A program made the translations under genes and the position numbers. A stretch of DNA of 64,000 bases from Chrysemys picta bellii. Its lineage: Eukaryota. Numbering within the stretch: position 1 is the first letter of the stretch; each line of letters begins with the position of its first letter. The stretch lies in contig NC_088792.1 in assembly GCF_011386835.1 (NCBI RefSeq), forward strand, positions 259,470,001-259,534,000, read 5' to 3'. Shown here piece by piece: positions 23,770 through 35,603 of this stretch. The notes under the pieces are model-generated. The model saw only the letters and a list, made by a program, of their open reading frames with translations. It had not been told where the DNA came from and did no database searches.

Positions 23770-25330
23770 TCCTGTTACTCAGCTTCTCTTCTGGTGCTTT
23801 AAAGGCCCTAAAACGGCTTTCCCTAGCAGACACGGGAAACATGCAAGAACAGCACACACGTACATTCTATCCCTCTTGTTTGGCTGTCTGGAATGGCTCA
23901 CAATTGTGAGTGTCTATCTCAGGGAAGACTGTCAGAAAACAAGGGCAGACATCCCAAACTGGCATTTATATTTTATTATTACATTTCACCAAGCCAGTAA
24001 CAAATGTGCACTCCTCCTGTATCACTTTATCAGTTTTACCATGGACCACAGACAGTCCCCTTATGCACCTCAGCCTATCCTGCCAGCCAGACAAACTGAA
24101 TTTAGTGATAATGGTCACACTACATCAGGTTACTCCTAATCCCAAAGATTCAGCCAGTTATCTCAAATCAATTGGTACTTTGGATCTCACACCAAAGACA
24201 ATGCTGGCAGCCAGTTCTCTAGTAAATTAACTAAAAAGATTTATTAGCTAAGAAAAAGAATGAGAGTCATTGAGAGACTAAAGCAGGTAAAATATAATAT
24301 CAGGTGAGTCAAAGTTTGTAAGTCCAAAATGATAGCGGAGAGATAGTAATTTGCCAGTTTCCCAAAGATCTTTTCAGCAGTACCCAGAGTAATTCTGGGA
24401 ATCTCCATCTTCTTGTTCAGTTATTCTACCCTGTTAGAATCCAAACAGTCCAGAGATACAGGACCATCCCTTAAATCAGTTTTTACAGCTTCTTCTCCAG
24501 AAAATAATCTGAACAATATCTTTACCCATGTGGGCTTTCCTTTGATGATGAGTAGGAAATGCAAACTGAGTCTGTGAATTCCCATTGTTGAACACAGTGG
24601 TCTTTGCTTTGAAGTTAGCACTCTTCTTCATTCATATTTCCAAGGCTCCAATTGCATTTGATGGGTATTTTAGTTACAGTGATATACATAATATAAATGC
24701 CTGCCATTACATCATAATTAAGGCTAAGGATTTTATCATGGCTATTTTTAGTAAATGTCACGGACAGGTCATGGGCAATAAACAAAAATTCACAGAAGCT
24801 GTGACCTGTTGGTGACTTTTGCTCCTGCGGCTCCATGATTTCCCCTGCCACCGTGGTGGCTGGGAGCTGCAGAGTTTCCCCGCTCGGCTGGAACCCTGAG
24901 GAGGGCCCCCTGAGAAGGCTGTCGCTGGAACCCTGCAGGGAGACCCTGAGGAGGCTGTCGCCTGCCACTGCAAACCTTCCAGGGACCCACTGGCTGCAGC
25001 CCCAGGGGCTGAAGCAGAAGATGTCATGGAGGCCTTTGGAAGTCACGGCATCTGTGATTTCTGTGACCTCTGTGACATAAACTTAGCCTTAATTATAATA
25101 GAAATAGATAAGTAAAAACAATACAAGTAACATTCCATTAGTTTTAACAACTGACTATACTCTTACATTAACATACCTTTTGATTTAGGGTTATTTATTT
25201 ACTTGGGGCATGCATAATGTAAATGTCATGTAATAGAAACAGGATATAGACAAGTGAAAACAATACAACTAACATATCTTTTGAACATTATTGACAATTG
25301 AATTTGCCTGAATACATATTAATACACTTA
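23770..25330. mobile_element. Probable LTR-derived sequence hosting a hAT MITE
   Basis: LTR-like sequence continues on both sides of the 24719-25091 insertion. Boundaries approximate. Confidence 0.35.
24719..25091. mobile_element. hAT MITE
   Basis: TIRs TAAGGCTAAG...CTTAGCCTTA, TSD ATCATAAT/ATTATAAT (7/8). Confidence 0.85.
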
Positions 25331-26271
25331 ACACTTTTTTGATATTCATACACAAGCGAATTGGCCATTGGTTTGAGCTGGTCTGTCAGCTTCACATCTC
25401 CCTCAAAAACAATGGTGTTAAATGAGATAGCGGTGGCCCAGCACCTCCCTGGATTGTGGAAGAGAGACCTGTTCCAGGCCACCATTGAAGCAAAAGGCAC
25501 TCCCTCCCCCACCCCCACCCCCGTTCTGTTTCCCTCTAGGATCTCTTGGCCTGTGGTGTCCCTGTTGATAGGGAAGCAGACAAGTTCAGTATAGAGAGTT
25601 GAGATGAAGCCCATAAATGAGGTATGAGGTTCTTCCTGAGCACCACTTCTCCTGTACTGCAGCTCACTAGTCTGACCTGTCTTTTGTTTTCACTTTACTG
25701 CCCCATGTCTGCCCTTTAGCAATGGACAGGCCTTTTCCTCAGGGAGGTTTGTCCACTGCTGAACCAACATACATGGCCTTCTGGGGCTTACAAGTTTCAA
25801 AAGGCCATGCATATTTTTATTTGGATTGGATCCAAAATCATACTGCAAGCACCTCGCAATATTTATATAACACTAAGAACAACTTGTCATGTGAATCATG
25901 CCATTCATCTGGCAGCTGAACATACATTCCTAAGGGATTTGATACTTCTGAATCTTTATGTTGTGTCTCACTTGGTATCTTTATTATTACTGTAGGTTAC
26001 AGTCATCCTAAATACAGTATGGGATCATTTCATGTAGTGCTGTGAGTCTTAATAGACCTTCCTTGCATTCAAAGCTTTAATCTAGGAAAAGAGGCTTAAA
26101 TGCTATAACATAATTGAATTTCAGCTGTCCTTTGCTCTTTAATGGTTTGAAGAAGGCATCACAAGGCTTTTTCTCTTCTTACCAGGAGTTGATTTAGAGA
26201 AGTTGTTAGTCTAACTGTAGCTGATTGTTTTAGAAACTATTTATATAGCCCAAATTCTCTGTTTGATGTCA

Positions 26272-28124
26272 TGTCGCAGATATAGTCAAGTGCCCCTCTT
26301 GGCTACTCACCAGATTGGGTTGTGTGTGTTTTAAAACCCTGGAGTTTGAACTGAATCCAGGTACAGTAACTCCTCACTTAAAGTTGTCCTGTTTAACGTT
26401 GTTTCGTTGCTGATCAATTAAGGAACATGCTCGTTTAAAGTTGCGCAATGCTCCCTTCTAACTTCGTTTGGCAGCCGCCTGCTTTGTCCACTGCTTGCAG
26501 GAAGAGCAGCCTGTTGCAGCTAGCTGGTGGGGGCTTGGAACCAGGGTGGACCGGCAACCCCCCTATTAGCTCCCCACTCCCCTAAGTTCCCTGTGCAGCA
26601 GCTGCCCAGCAGGCTAGCAATTGCAGCTGTCGCTCCCCCCACTGCCATGTGCTGCTCCTGCCCTCTGCCTTGGAGCTGTTCCTCGAGACTCCTGCTTGCT
26701 GTGTGTGTGTGGGGGGGGGGGGGCGGACAGAGGAAGAGGGTGGCTAATGTCAGGGTGTCCCCCTACCCCTGCTCCTGCACCCTGCTTACCCCATCTTCCA
26801 TAGAGCAGGGGGGACACACGACAGGGCTCAGGATGGAGGGAGCTTGCTGACAGCAGCTGCGGTCTCAGCAAGCTGATCTAATTAACAAGGCAGTATACTT
26901 AAAGGGGAAATGCACATCTCTCACACAGTGTGTGTCTCTGTCTCTGTCTGTCTGCGATGCTGTCTCCCCTCCCTCCATTCCTGCTGCCTTGTAGAGTGTG
27001 AGTGTTAACCCTTGAGGGCTCAGCCAATTGCTAGTTCATCATTTAGCAGTAAGGCATTTCCTGGGAAATATTCCACTCTCTGACTCCTCCACCTCAACCA
27101 AGCTTCACAATCATCATCACTGTGTACCAGTATTAAATTGTTTGTTTAAAACTTATACTGTGTGTGTATATATGTGTGTGTATGTATAATATATAATCTT
27201 TTTGTCTGGTGGGGGAAAAAAAAATTCCCTGGAACCTAACCCCCTCATTTACATTAATTCTTATGGGGAAATTGGATTCGCTTAACATAGTTTCGCTTAA
27301 AGTTGCATTTTTCAGGAACATAACTACGTTAAGTGAGGAGTTACTGTACTGCCCCTGTTTTTGGGTTCCTGGTCACACACTCAAGGTGCAGATCATCTGT
27401 CTAGCACTCCTTCCTGAGAGTTGGGACGTCCCAGTCCAACTGTTTAGCCCGTTACCTGTGCTGACCCCTCAGGTTCCCTTGAAGCTTCACTACACTTTCC
27501 CCCAGAACTCCAGTTGTGTGGGTGTTCTGGGCCTACCCATTAACTCTTCAAGGGCATGTGATAGGTGTCACATACAATACACAAGAGGATTCTGAATCAC
27601 AATTTCTCTTACTTAGTTATATGAGAAATACAGAGATCTATACAAAAATAGTAAACCCTACATGTATTTCCCTGACTTATTTTCCTCACCGCTCCAGAGC
27701 ATTCTTTGGGCTGGAGGTCAGAGTCTTCTGGGGCCGTCCTTCACCTGCAGCACATGGCTTGTCATTTCCATCATTCCATCTCTCTTCCCATCCCCCACCC
27801 CCAGTCAGCTTGCTTTGACCTTGGTTAGTCCCACAGCTAAACCAAACCTCCCCTGCTACAAAAGCATGCCTGTCTGTGCAGCTCTCCTGCCCCAAGATAC
27901 CTGAGTGGCTCCAAGTCCCTCAAGTTTATGTATCTCAATAACTGGTTCCTTTGGCCTGCTGCTAGTAATTTTTCACTCTCCAAATCTGAACCCCATACAG
28001 ACAAGCTGAAGGAAGTGGCTTCTCCCCAATCCAACCAACTTTAGCATACTACTGACTGGTCAGACTACAGTCATTAAGGTTACCTACTCTTCGCTATATC
28101 TAGTCCGGGACAGGTGTGCTTACA
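26272..28124. mobile_element. Probable LTR-derived element hosting a Tigger-like MITE
   Basis: TGTCGC... start and ...GCTTACA end, with LTR-like sequence flanking the TA-bounded insertion. No TSD resolved. Confidence 0.35.
26364..27346 (+). mobile_element. Complete Tc1/mariner (Tigger-like) MITE
   Basis: TIRs CAGTAACTCCTCACTTAA...TTAAGTGAGGAGTTACTG with TA duplication on both sides. Confidence 0.93.
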
Positions 28125-28699
28125 GGCTTGTCAACAGTGGTGAATAGACATAGAGGCATTCTACAATACAGTACTTTTCATAAGAACAACTTCAAAATAT
28201 CAACCAGAATTAGTAAATTTTACAAACAGATTCCTCACATTGTTACAAGTCACAACAAATAACTGTGTGTGGCTGAACTTAAAACAAAACAAACAAAAAT
28301 GCAAATATAAACCTCAATGCAAAATCTTTTTCCAAACATCAGGGTTTTTTTGCTTGACTAGAAAATATAACACACTTCCAAAAGAACTAGTTATAAATGT
28401 TTGAGAGCTGCTGTACTAATTTCAATGGTATAAACTGGCTAAAGATGTTGACATAACCCAGTTACTGTCCCACATTAAACAATGTTAAATAAGGTTTGGT
28501 ATACAGAGACCTGCTTAACACCATGGCAAATACACCATTAAAAATTCTTGTAACCTTTTATTAAAATAAAGAAAATAAGGGAAAAACAGATGAAGTATTA
28601 AGTAAGGCTTTCATTTTAAGAACCTCCCTTTTCCCGGAGAGAGGTTTAAGAAGGAATCACCCCCTCTTTGTTTGACAGTCTCTTAGATGGTAATGTAAT

Positions 28700-29870
28700 G
28701 GCAGGCATTGTCCTTAAGCTTAAATAGCTCTTCAATCATATCCCCTCTTAGCCTTCTTTTTGCTAGACTAAACAAGACAAGCTCTTTCCGTCTCCTCTCA
28801 TAAGATAGGCCTCCATTCTCCTTATCTAAAAATTCGTTATTTTTTCAAAGAAGGAAATCAGGTTAGTAATATATGAAATAAAACTCCTCTACCTTTTCAA
28901 AAGGAAGAATGCCTTTTTAGCATGATGTAGACAGTTGCTGTCTTATGTCCTAAATTTCTGCACATTCCCTGTATCTAACTTCTTCCACTGCAAGGCCATG
29001 CTGCCCTCCCCTTCTGTATCTATGCAGCCATGCATTTATCTCCAGGTTGCACATGTCCCTGTCCTTACCCTCAACTGGGAGGATGGGTGAGCACTCAGCC
29101 TGCCACCCCAACTCCTTCACCCTTGCTCCCAAAGCTCTGTAGTCATTTCTAATCTGCTCAGGGTCATACCCGGCAGTACCATTAGTGCCCACATCGATGA
29201 GCAGGATGGGGTAGTGGTCAGAGAGATAGATGAGCCTCAGCAACCTTTCAGTAACATCTCGGATGCGGACTCCACGTAGGCAGAATATCATCTCCAGTCG
29301 GTAGCTGGATGCCTCCATCCCCCGCAGAAGGGGATCCCCAACCACCACCCTATGTCTACTGTTCATGAGTCTCCCTGGTTTGGGGAGCAAGTGGTTCCTC
29401 TTCTTCAACCATTGGGGTCTGCTCCTCAACTCCTGTTACTAGTATAGCATACTGGTTCTTGATCTCAATGGACAGGGGACCCAAGGTGGCAAGCAGCCAG
29501 TCTCCTCCCTGCAGAGCAGGGCTTCTCTGAATCTGCTTTTTTCACATGTAGTCGGCTAGCCTCCTCCATCCCAGACATTCCATATGCATCCTGTCAGTGA
29601 AGTATTCATGCTCCTGGATGCTACGCAGACAAGCCACCTCGTATCTGCATTAGGAGGAACTCCACTAATGGACACCTCTTATACCAAGTGGTTCCCCCAC
29701 CTGGCTTTCTTTGGCAGGGACATGCAGGTGACTTTCCCAGCAAGTCAGGACCGGGGCCTGGATAGAAGCTTCCTGGGTCAGGATACCTCTCTGTCTGGCA
29801 GGGCCTCACCAGTACAAGCAGAGGAAGATGACATGCCATTTTCCTTCCTTTGAGGGTTCTTCCATGCCGA
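28700..29870 (-). mobile_element. Internally deleted CR1 retaining ORF1 (Cys-motif region and SGNH/esterase-like domain)
   Basis: ORF 28950-29429 VVVGDPLLRG..CLRGVRIRDVTERL..ILLIDVGTNGT (CR1 ORF1 esterase motifs). ORF 29621-29980 ends KRCPLVEFL..QI. Short ORF2 pieces (TNLISFF; [14 protein letters not shown]) follow directly. Confidence 0.8.
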
Positions 29871-30229
29871 GTACCTGCAAGTTGACTGATCCTAATTATA
29901 AAAGGTCCATTAAAGTGAAATTTGAACAGAAGAAGAAACTGAGCTATAATCCTGAGTTTTTGTTCCTTGTTTATTAGCAATTACAATTGCAGATCTAAAT
30001 TTCAACCCCAAATGTGTGTGTTTGGAAGAGGCCACAATTGATTACATAAAATGATGGAGAATTGTTTAAGGAAAATCACAAAAGACAGGACAGTTGCATT
30101 GAGGGTGTTGTAAATTTTTAAAAGACCTGCCCACCCAGCTCAGCTTCAGTCACGTGTGGTTTTTAACACACATTGGATTGGGTAGGCCAAAATTTGGTGG
30201 TAGGCTGTATGCTGAGAAAGCTCTGTTTG

Positions 30230-30365
30230 CCAGAAGCTGGCAATGGGCGACAGGGGATGGATCACTTGGTGATTACCTGTTCTGTTCATTCTCTCTGAAG
30301 CATCTGGCATTGGCCACTGTCGGAAGACAGGATACTTGGCTGGATGGACCCTTGGTCTGACCGTT
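30230..30365 (+). mobile_element. CR1 3' UTR fragment
   Basis: CCAGAAGCTGG.AATGGGCGACAGGGGATGGATCACTTG..CTGTTCTGTTCATT..CTGAAGCATCTGGCATTGGCCACTGTC. Confidence 0.75.
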
Positions 30366-30878
30366 CTTCTGTAATGGTGTACTGGTAACTAGGGCAGATA
30401 CAGTAAAATGATGGGCATAACTAGTTAGTAGATCAATTGCAAACTTTTAATCGTGGACTGTGTGTGTACTGTTTTCTGTTTTGAGGACTAAATATGCTTC
30501 CGAAGCAAATGACGTAGTATGTGTTTTTGTGTTTTATTTCATAAATCTTTATGGCTTTTTTTCAGTGTGGTCTGAGTTGTTTCTTTTTCTTCAGAAAAAT
30601 ATATTTGGGGGGGGGGAGTGGAGGGATCTAGGGGAATACTCATATACCAGAGTTGTAGTGGCTCATTCCAATCTACATTCTGTAACTCATGAAAATACAT
30701 TTGTTAAGATCAATTTGGTATACTCCGTCTAAAGGTTTTGGAGAGACTAGAACCCTTACATTAGTACCATCTCTGAGAAATGACGGTTTCTGAGGTGTTT
30801 TGAACTGTTTTAGCCAACGCCAAGGCTCTAGCCCAGTTTCGTGACTTGGTTACAGCACAATCCTGTCCACAATACATA

Positions 30879-31081
30879 CACCTCTACCCTGATATAACAC
30901 GACCCGATATAACACGAATTCTGATATAATGCGGTAAAGCAGTGCTCGGGGGGGGGGGGGGGGGGGAGGGGCTGTGCACTCCAGCAGATCAAAGCAAGTT
31001 CGATATAATGCGGTTTCACCTATAACGCGGTAAGATTTTTTTTTTGGCTCCCGAGGACAGTGTTATATCGAGGTAGAGGTG
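30879..31081. mobile_element. Tc1/mariner-type MITE
   Basis: TIRs CACCTCTACC.(C/T)GATATAAC...GTTATATCGAGGTAGAGGTG flanked by TA/TA. Confidence 0.9.
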
Positions 31082-31726
31082 TATTTTAACAGTGCAATTA
31101 CCAAAGGGACATCCATGTTTGTAGTGTAAATGGGGGGGGCCTGTTAGGATCGTTCTTTCTTATGATGGTAAAGTCAATTGCTCAAGGTGGCATCGTGCTC
31201 TCCAAGGGCCAACTTCTGTGATTAGAGTTCCTATTGCAGTTCATAGGAACTGTGTGAGCATGTTTTGGCTGCAGCTACCTGTAGCAATAATAATCATATC
31301 TAAAATAGATTGGTTGTATAGAGTTATATTACAATTATTTTTAAACTGACAAATATGTTCGCTCATACAGTACTTATGTGATGGTATTCTTTTATATATA
31401 TTTTTTGTTTGCCTGAGTATCCTGGGCCCCACCTTCCCCCCCCCCCTCCCCCCGATTATTTATTTGAAGGACTTGTTATATGACTACTACAAAGTCAATA
31501 AAATGTCATAATGGATGACAAATAGTACGTACATAATGTGTATAATGCATTGACTCCCCCCTCACTAGTGTAACTCCATTGTCTTCAGTGGAGTTATTCT
31601 TGATTTACTAATGGGTAAGTGAGAAGCTAATCAGGCCTAAAAGCTATGTAAAGATGTATTATGCATCTGGGATATTTTAATTTGAATTTTTTGGTTGTTT
31701 TTTTTTTACAGGCAAAGTTTCTCGCC

Positions 31727-31809
31727 ATGGCCATCACACAGTTCCGGCTCTTTAAAATTTGTACTTGCCTGGCAGCAATGCTGTCCTTCATTAAGAGGTT
31801 AATATGCAG
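31727..31809 (+). CDS. EBAG9: EBAG9 (RCAS1) first coding exon; exon begins at 31712
   Basis: Acceptor tttttacAG at 31710-31711, Kozak GCCATGG. Encodes MAITQFRLFKICTCLAAMLSFIKRLICR (N-terminal membrane anchor). Donor GTAAAT. Confidence 0.97.
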
Positions 31810-32599
31810 GTAAATAACATGGTTTCATGTATTAAACTGTCTATTCTTTTGTTTAAATACAAGTTGCTTCTAATCTTTTCCTCTCCCCTTAGTTATTTTC
31901 ATAGTTCTTAACTGCAGAACAAAGCCTAGGTGTATGATAGTTAAACTGTACTCAAACCTTTCATCTTGATGTTCATTTGACATTCAAAATTATGGAGTGC
32001 TCTAATGTGAGTAATTGGACTATGTTCTACAGCTGTGTATACATAGTATGGTTTATAACACAACAATACTGGCTGTCTCTTATGCCTATTTTTAACTTTT
32101 TTTTTAAAGCATGTTTTGAAAGTTGTCTCCTAAAAACATATCTAAAGAATCTGTTCTCTGAATTTCTGGAAGAAAACACCCAGTCTTTAGCTGAAAACCT
32201 CCTCAGAGCAGAGTATACACTTACCAACTGTCAGGGTTTTTTTAAATTACAATATCAAGTCCACAATTGTTTGTCACTAGCTTTCCATTATAAACCTAAT
32301 TGTGACCCTCCCACTTTTGTTTGCCAAAACCAAACCAGTCTATCTGAAGCTCCTCAAATGGCCTTCTGCCCATTAAGGGGTAAATTGTACAGGTCTGTAA
32401 GAGATGAGCCTAAAAATATCAGTTAGAATTTATTTGAAGAAAATTTTAAAATGTTGTTTCTTTGTGCTATGTCATATGTGAAAAAGTATGGTTGAGATAC
32501 TTAAAATTTGGCTTATTCTGTTGTCCTCATGACACCTAGGTTTTCTGGCTGTCTCATCATGAACAGTTCAATGAAAACCTCTGTTTAATATGCATTTGC

Positions 32600-33670
32600 A
32601 GTCAAGAAAGTAAAGAAAATGTTAGGATGCCTCAGCACTGGGATAGAAAGTGTGGGGGAAAAACTCCCTAGAATCATAGAAGATTAGGGTTGGAAGAGAC
32701 CTCAGGAGGTCATCTAGTCCAATCCCCTGCTCAAACCAGGACCAACCCCAACTAAATCATCCCAGCCAGGGCTTTGTCAAGCCGGGCCTTAAAAACCTCC
32801 AAGGAAGGAGACTCCACCACCTCCCTAGATAACGCATTCCAGTGCTTCACCACCCTCCTAGTGAAATAGTGTTTCCTAATATCCAACGTGGACCTCCCCC
32901 ACTGCAACTTGAGACCATTGCTCCTTGTTCTGTTATCTGCCACCACTGAGAACAGCCGAGCTCCATCCTCTTTGGAACCCCCTTTCAGGTAGTTGAAGTC
33001 TGCTATCAAATCCCCCCTTACTCTTTTCTGAAGACACTCGGTATGTTCCCTCTTGGAATAGTTTTCATATCTGGTCACGACAGCTAAAAAGAAATACAGT
33101 GAAAAGTGTGTGGTGCGGGTATCAAAGATCGATGACAAAAATGATGAAGTATGGATAAACTTTAATATAAAAGAGATTGAAAAGACAGGGGTTGTGCTTT
33201 AGAGAGGAAGTAAATAAGAGGGGACAGGTTAAAGGTATACAAAAGAACAAATGGTATAGAGAAGGTAGATCAGACATTTCTATTTACCTTTTCTCTCAAT
33301 ACAAGAATGAGAGTTATTCAGTTGAATTGATAGGGAGCAAATTTAAAATTGATAAAAGGAAACACTTTCACACCACACAGTTAGCCTTTGGAACACATTC
33401 CTACCCCATTTCACTGAGAACACCGGTTAAGCAGGGTTCAAAAAAGGATTGGACATGTGTATGACTAACAAGAACATCCAGAGTTATTTTAGGAAGGACG
33501 TAAAAAATAAAGAAAACCAGAAGAGAGAGAAACCCTCATGCTTCAAGGCATGAGCCAACTTCTGACAATGGGGTAAGGAAGAACTGTCTCTATGAGCACT
33601 GTCTAAGGGCTTCTTGCATCTATTTCTGAAATATGTGATGCTTGTCACTGTTAGAGACAGGATAGTAGTC
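32600..33670 (+). mobile_element. Old, degenerate plus-strand CR1 3' portion
   Basis: GCAGTCAAGAAAG..AAAATGTTAGGATG at the left end; ATTGATAGGGAGCAAATTTAAAATTGATAAAAGGAAACACTT further right. Interrupted by a younger CR1. Confidence 0.6.
32669..33040 (-). mobile_element. Younger CR1 3' fragment
   Basis: ORF 32752-33138 [42 protein letters not shown], tail TAGAATCATAGAA. Confidence 0.92.
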
Positions 33671-34592
33671 CAGCTAGAGGAATGATTATATTCCTATATC
33701 TTTTGGAGCAGAGCCTTTTAGAGTTTGGAAAAGGTTTTAGAGCAGGTTGCAAACTTAAACTTCAAGGAAAGTTTAAAAAAAAAATAATCTATGATGTTTT
33801 ACGAGCACGCTATGTTCACAAATCTCATAGGGTTCCTGGCTATGTTTCATGCAGACCTTTAGCTGTGCAGGAGCAGAGTGAGGCAATGAAACCAAAAGTC
33901 TCTGGTCCTATAGTAGGACCAAAGAGCCACTTGGATTGGGGTTCCTGCAAAGCTGATAAAACTCCTGAAATGGCTAAATACTTGCCTAGAAATGTTTCTG
34001 AATTCTGCAGGAGTAGAGCTTCTGATGAAACTTCCATTTTCTCCCTTATTGAAGTGGTTACCTTCTGGGGAAAGACTTCTGTAATCGCTCCACTCACTTC
34101 TGCTATGCATGAATTCATGTAAACCTACTCAGTCTATACATAGATCACATTATTTAACCCAGATTAGAAGGTTGATTTATATATTCTTTAATTTGTATGT
34201 GAAGATATAATATATGATTTTTTTAAAAATCAGTACAAAGGTAAACTTAAAATGGTGTTTGGGGGGAAAAAAATCCTAAAACAAAACAAATAACTCTATA
34301 CAAGTTCTAGTACGAAAATATCAGGCCAAAGCTTTTTGGGAAATCCTCAACTCAAAATCTAGTCAGTTTTAAAAAGAGTTTGTTTAGTGTTAAGTGTTTT
34401 TTCCTCTCTCCTTTTGCTGTGTGAGAGTCACACAAAAAGGGAAATTAAACAAAAATGCCTTCACATACACATGTCAACATAGAGGGAAAAATAGAGAAAT
34501 AACATATTTTAATTTCTTTATTTATAGTAAGATTAGGAGCTACTTGTAGCAATAGTAGGTGCAATTCTTTCAGAGAGAAGTTTGATTTTCAA

Positions 34593-34701
34593 GGCCCTGA
34601 TCCTAAAAGCATATGCTTAACTTCACTCATATTGTAGTAAAGTTGATTGAGCTACTCATATGTTTAAAGTTAAGCATGTGTTTGTTTGTAGGATTAAGGC
34701 C
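34593..34701. mobile_element. Short palindromic PIF/Harbinger-like MITE
   Basis: GGCCCTGATCCTA...TAGGATTAAGGCC inverted ends, flanks CAA/TAA. Confidence 0.55.
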
Positions 34702-35237
34702 TAAATTGGCGTGTCCTTTTAAGCTATTTAAGGATGTAAATAGATATGTAGTTATTTTAAAACAATGTTCATTAGTTTTTGGGTTTTTTTAATTGAGTTG
34801 GAACACTGTCAGATGGTACTCTTTAAATAAAAACACCTAAATATCAGAAAGTCTAGAAGTGCTCAGTCACGTTTCAGCCTTTGTTCTAGTTTCCTGACTT
34901 TCAAAAGCTTGATTTAAAAAAAAAAAAAAAAAAAATTGTTTGTAACTGTGACATTGAAATTGATCAATGTCTGTTCACAACCTTAACTCTGTTGGGCTAT
35001 GGGGGTTTTGTTTTGTTTTTGTTTATTAATCATTATTGTGGGTGAAACCATTGTTGCTTTCTTCATCAGTTCCTGTGCATTGATTTTCACCATTGGGTTG
35101 GATTATTTTTTCCAATAGACTGTGAAAGCTACTGCAGCCGGAAATCTGGGTTTTCCCAGATCGTAGGCACCCAACTGCTGTGAATGGTAGGGAGCAGCTA
35201 CCTGTACAAGTTCTAGTAAACATATTTTAAATTCTAA

Positions 35238-35366
35238 GGCCTTGATTCTGCAAAGAGAAACATGCATGTGGACCCCTGCATCTATGTAGAGTCCCTTTGA
35301 AGTTGGTGGGGCTCTGCATGGGGACAGGAGTCCATCCCATTCAGTTGTCTTTGCAGTATTGAGGCC
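35238..35366. mobile_element. Short palindromic PIF/Harbinger-like MITE
   Basis: GGCCTTGATTCTGCAAAG...CTTTGCAGTATTGAGGCC with a 3-bp TAA duplication. Confidence 0.65.
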
Positions 35367-35445
35367 TAACATAATTTTACTGAGAGTCAGTGTATTTTGT
35401 GGGATTTTTGTTGGTATTCCATAAATCAAACTTAATTATATACAT

Positions 35446-35603
35446 CAGGAGAAGTCAGTTATTTTTGTCAAGGTCCAGATTTCTTGGTCAAGGTCCAGAT
35501 TCCAGAAAAAATAATACAAAAATGATGATGATGATGATGATTAGTAAATAAAAGGCATCTGGCATCTGGATTTGAGCCGCGGTCCGCCTGTTCACTACCC
35601 CTG
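35446..35603. mobile_element. Small hAT MITE
   Basis: CAGGAGAAGTCA...TCACTACCCCTG, TSD ATATACAT/ATGTACAG (6/8). Confidence 0.6.

Noticed and set aside
33682-34122. 146-aa plus-strand ORF overlapping 92-aa and 83-aa minus-strand ORFs, with a GGTCCTA-TAG-TAGGACC hairpin
   Set aside because: No recognisable homology, non-ATG or weak starts and no exon context. A 7-bp stem is expected by chance in 64 kb.
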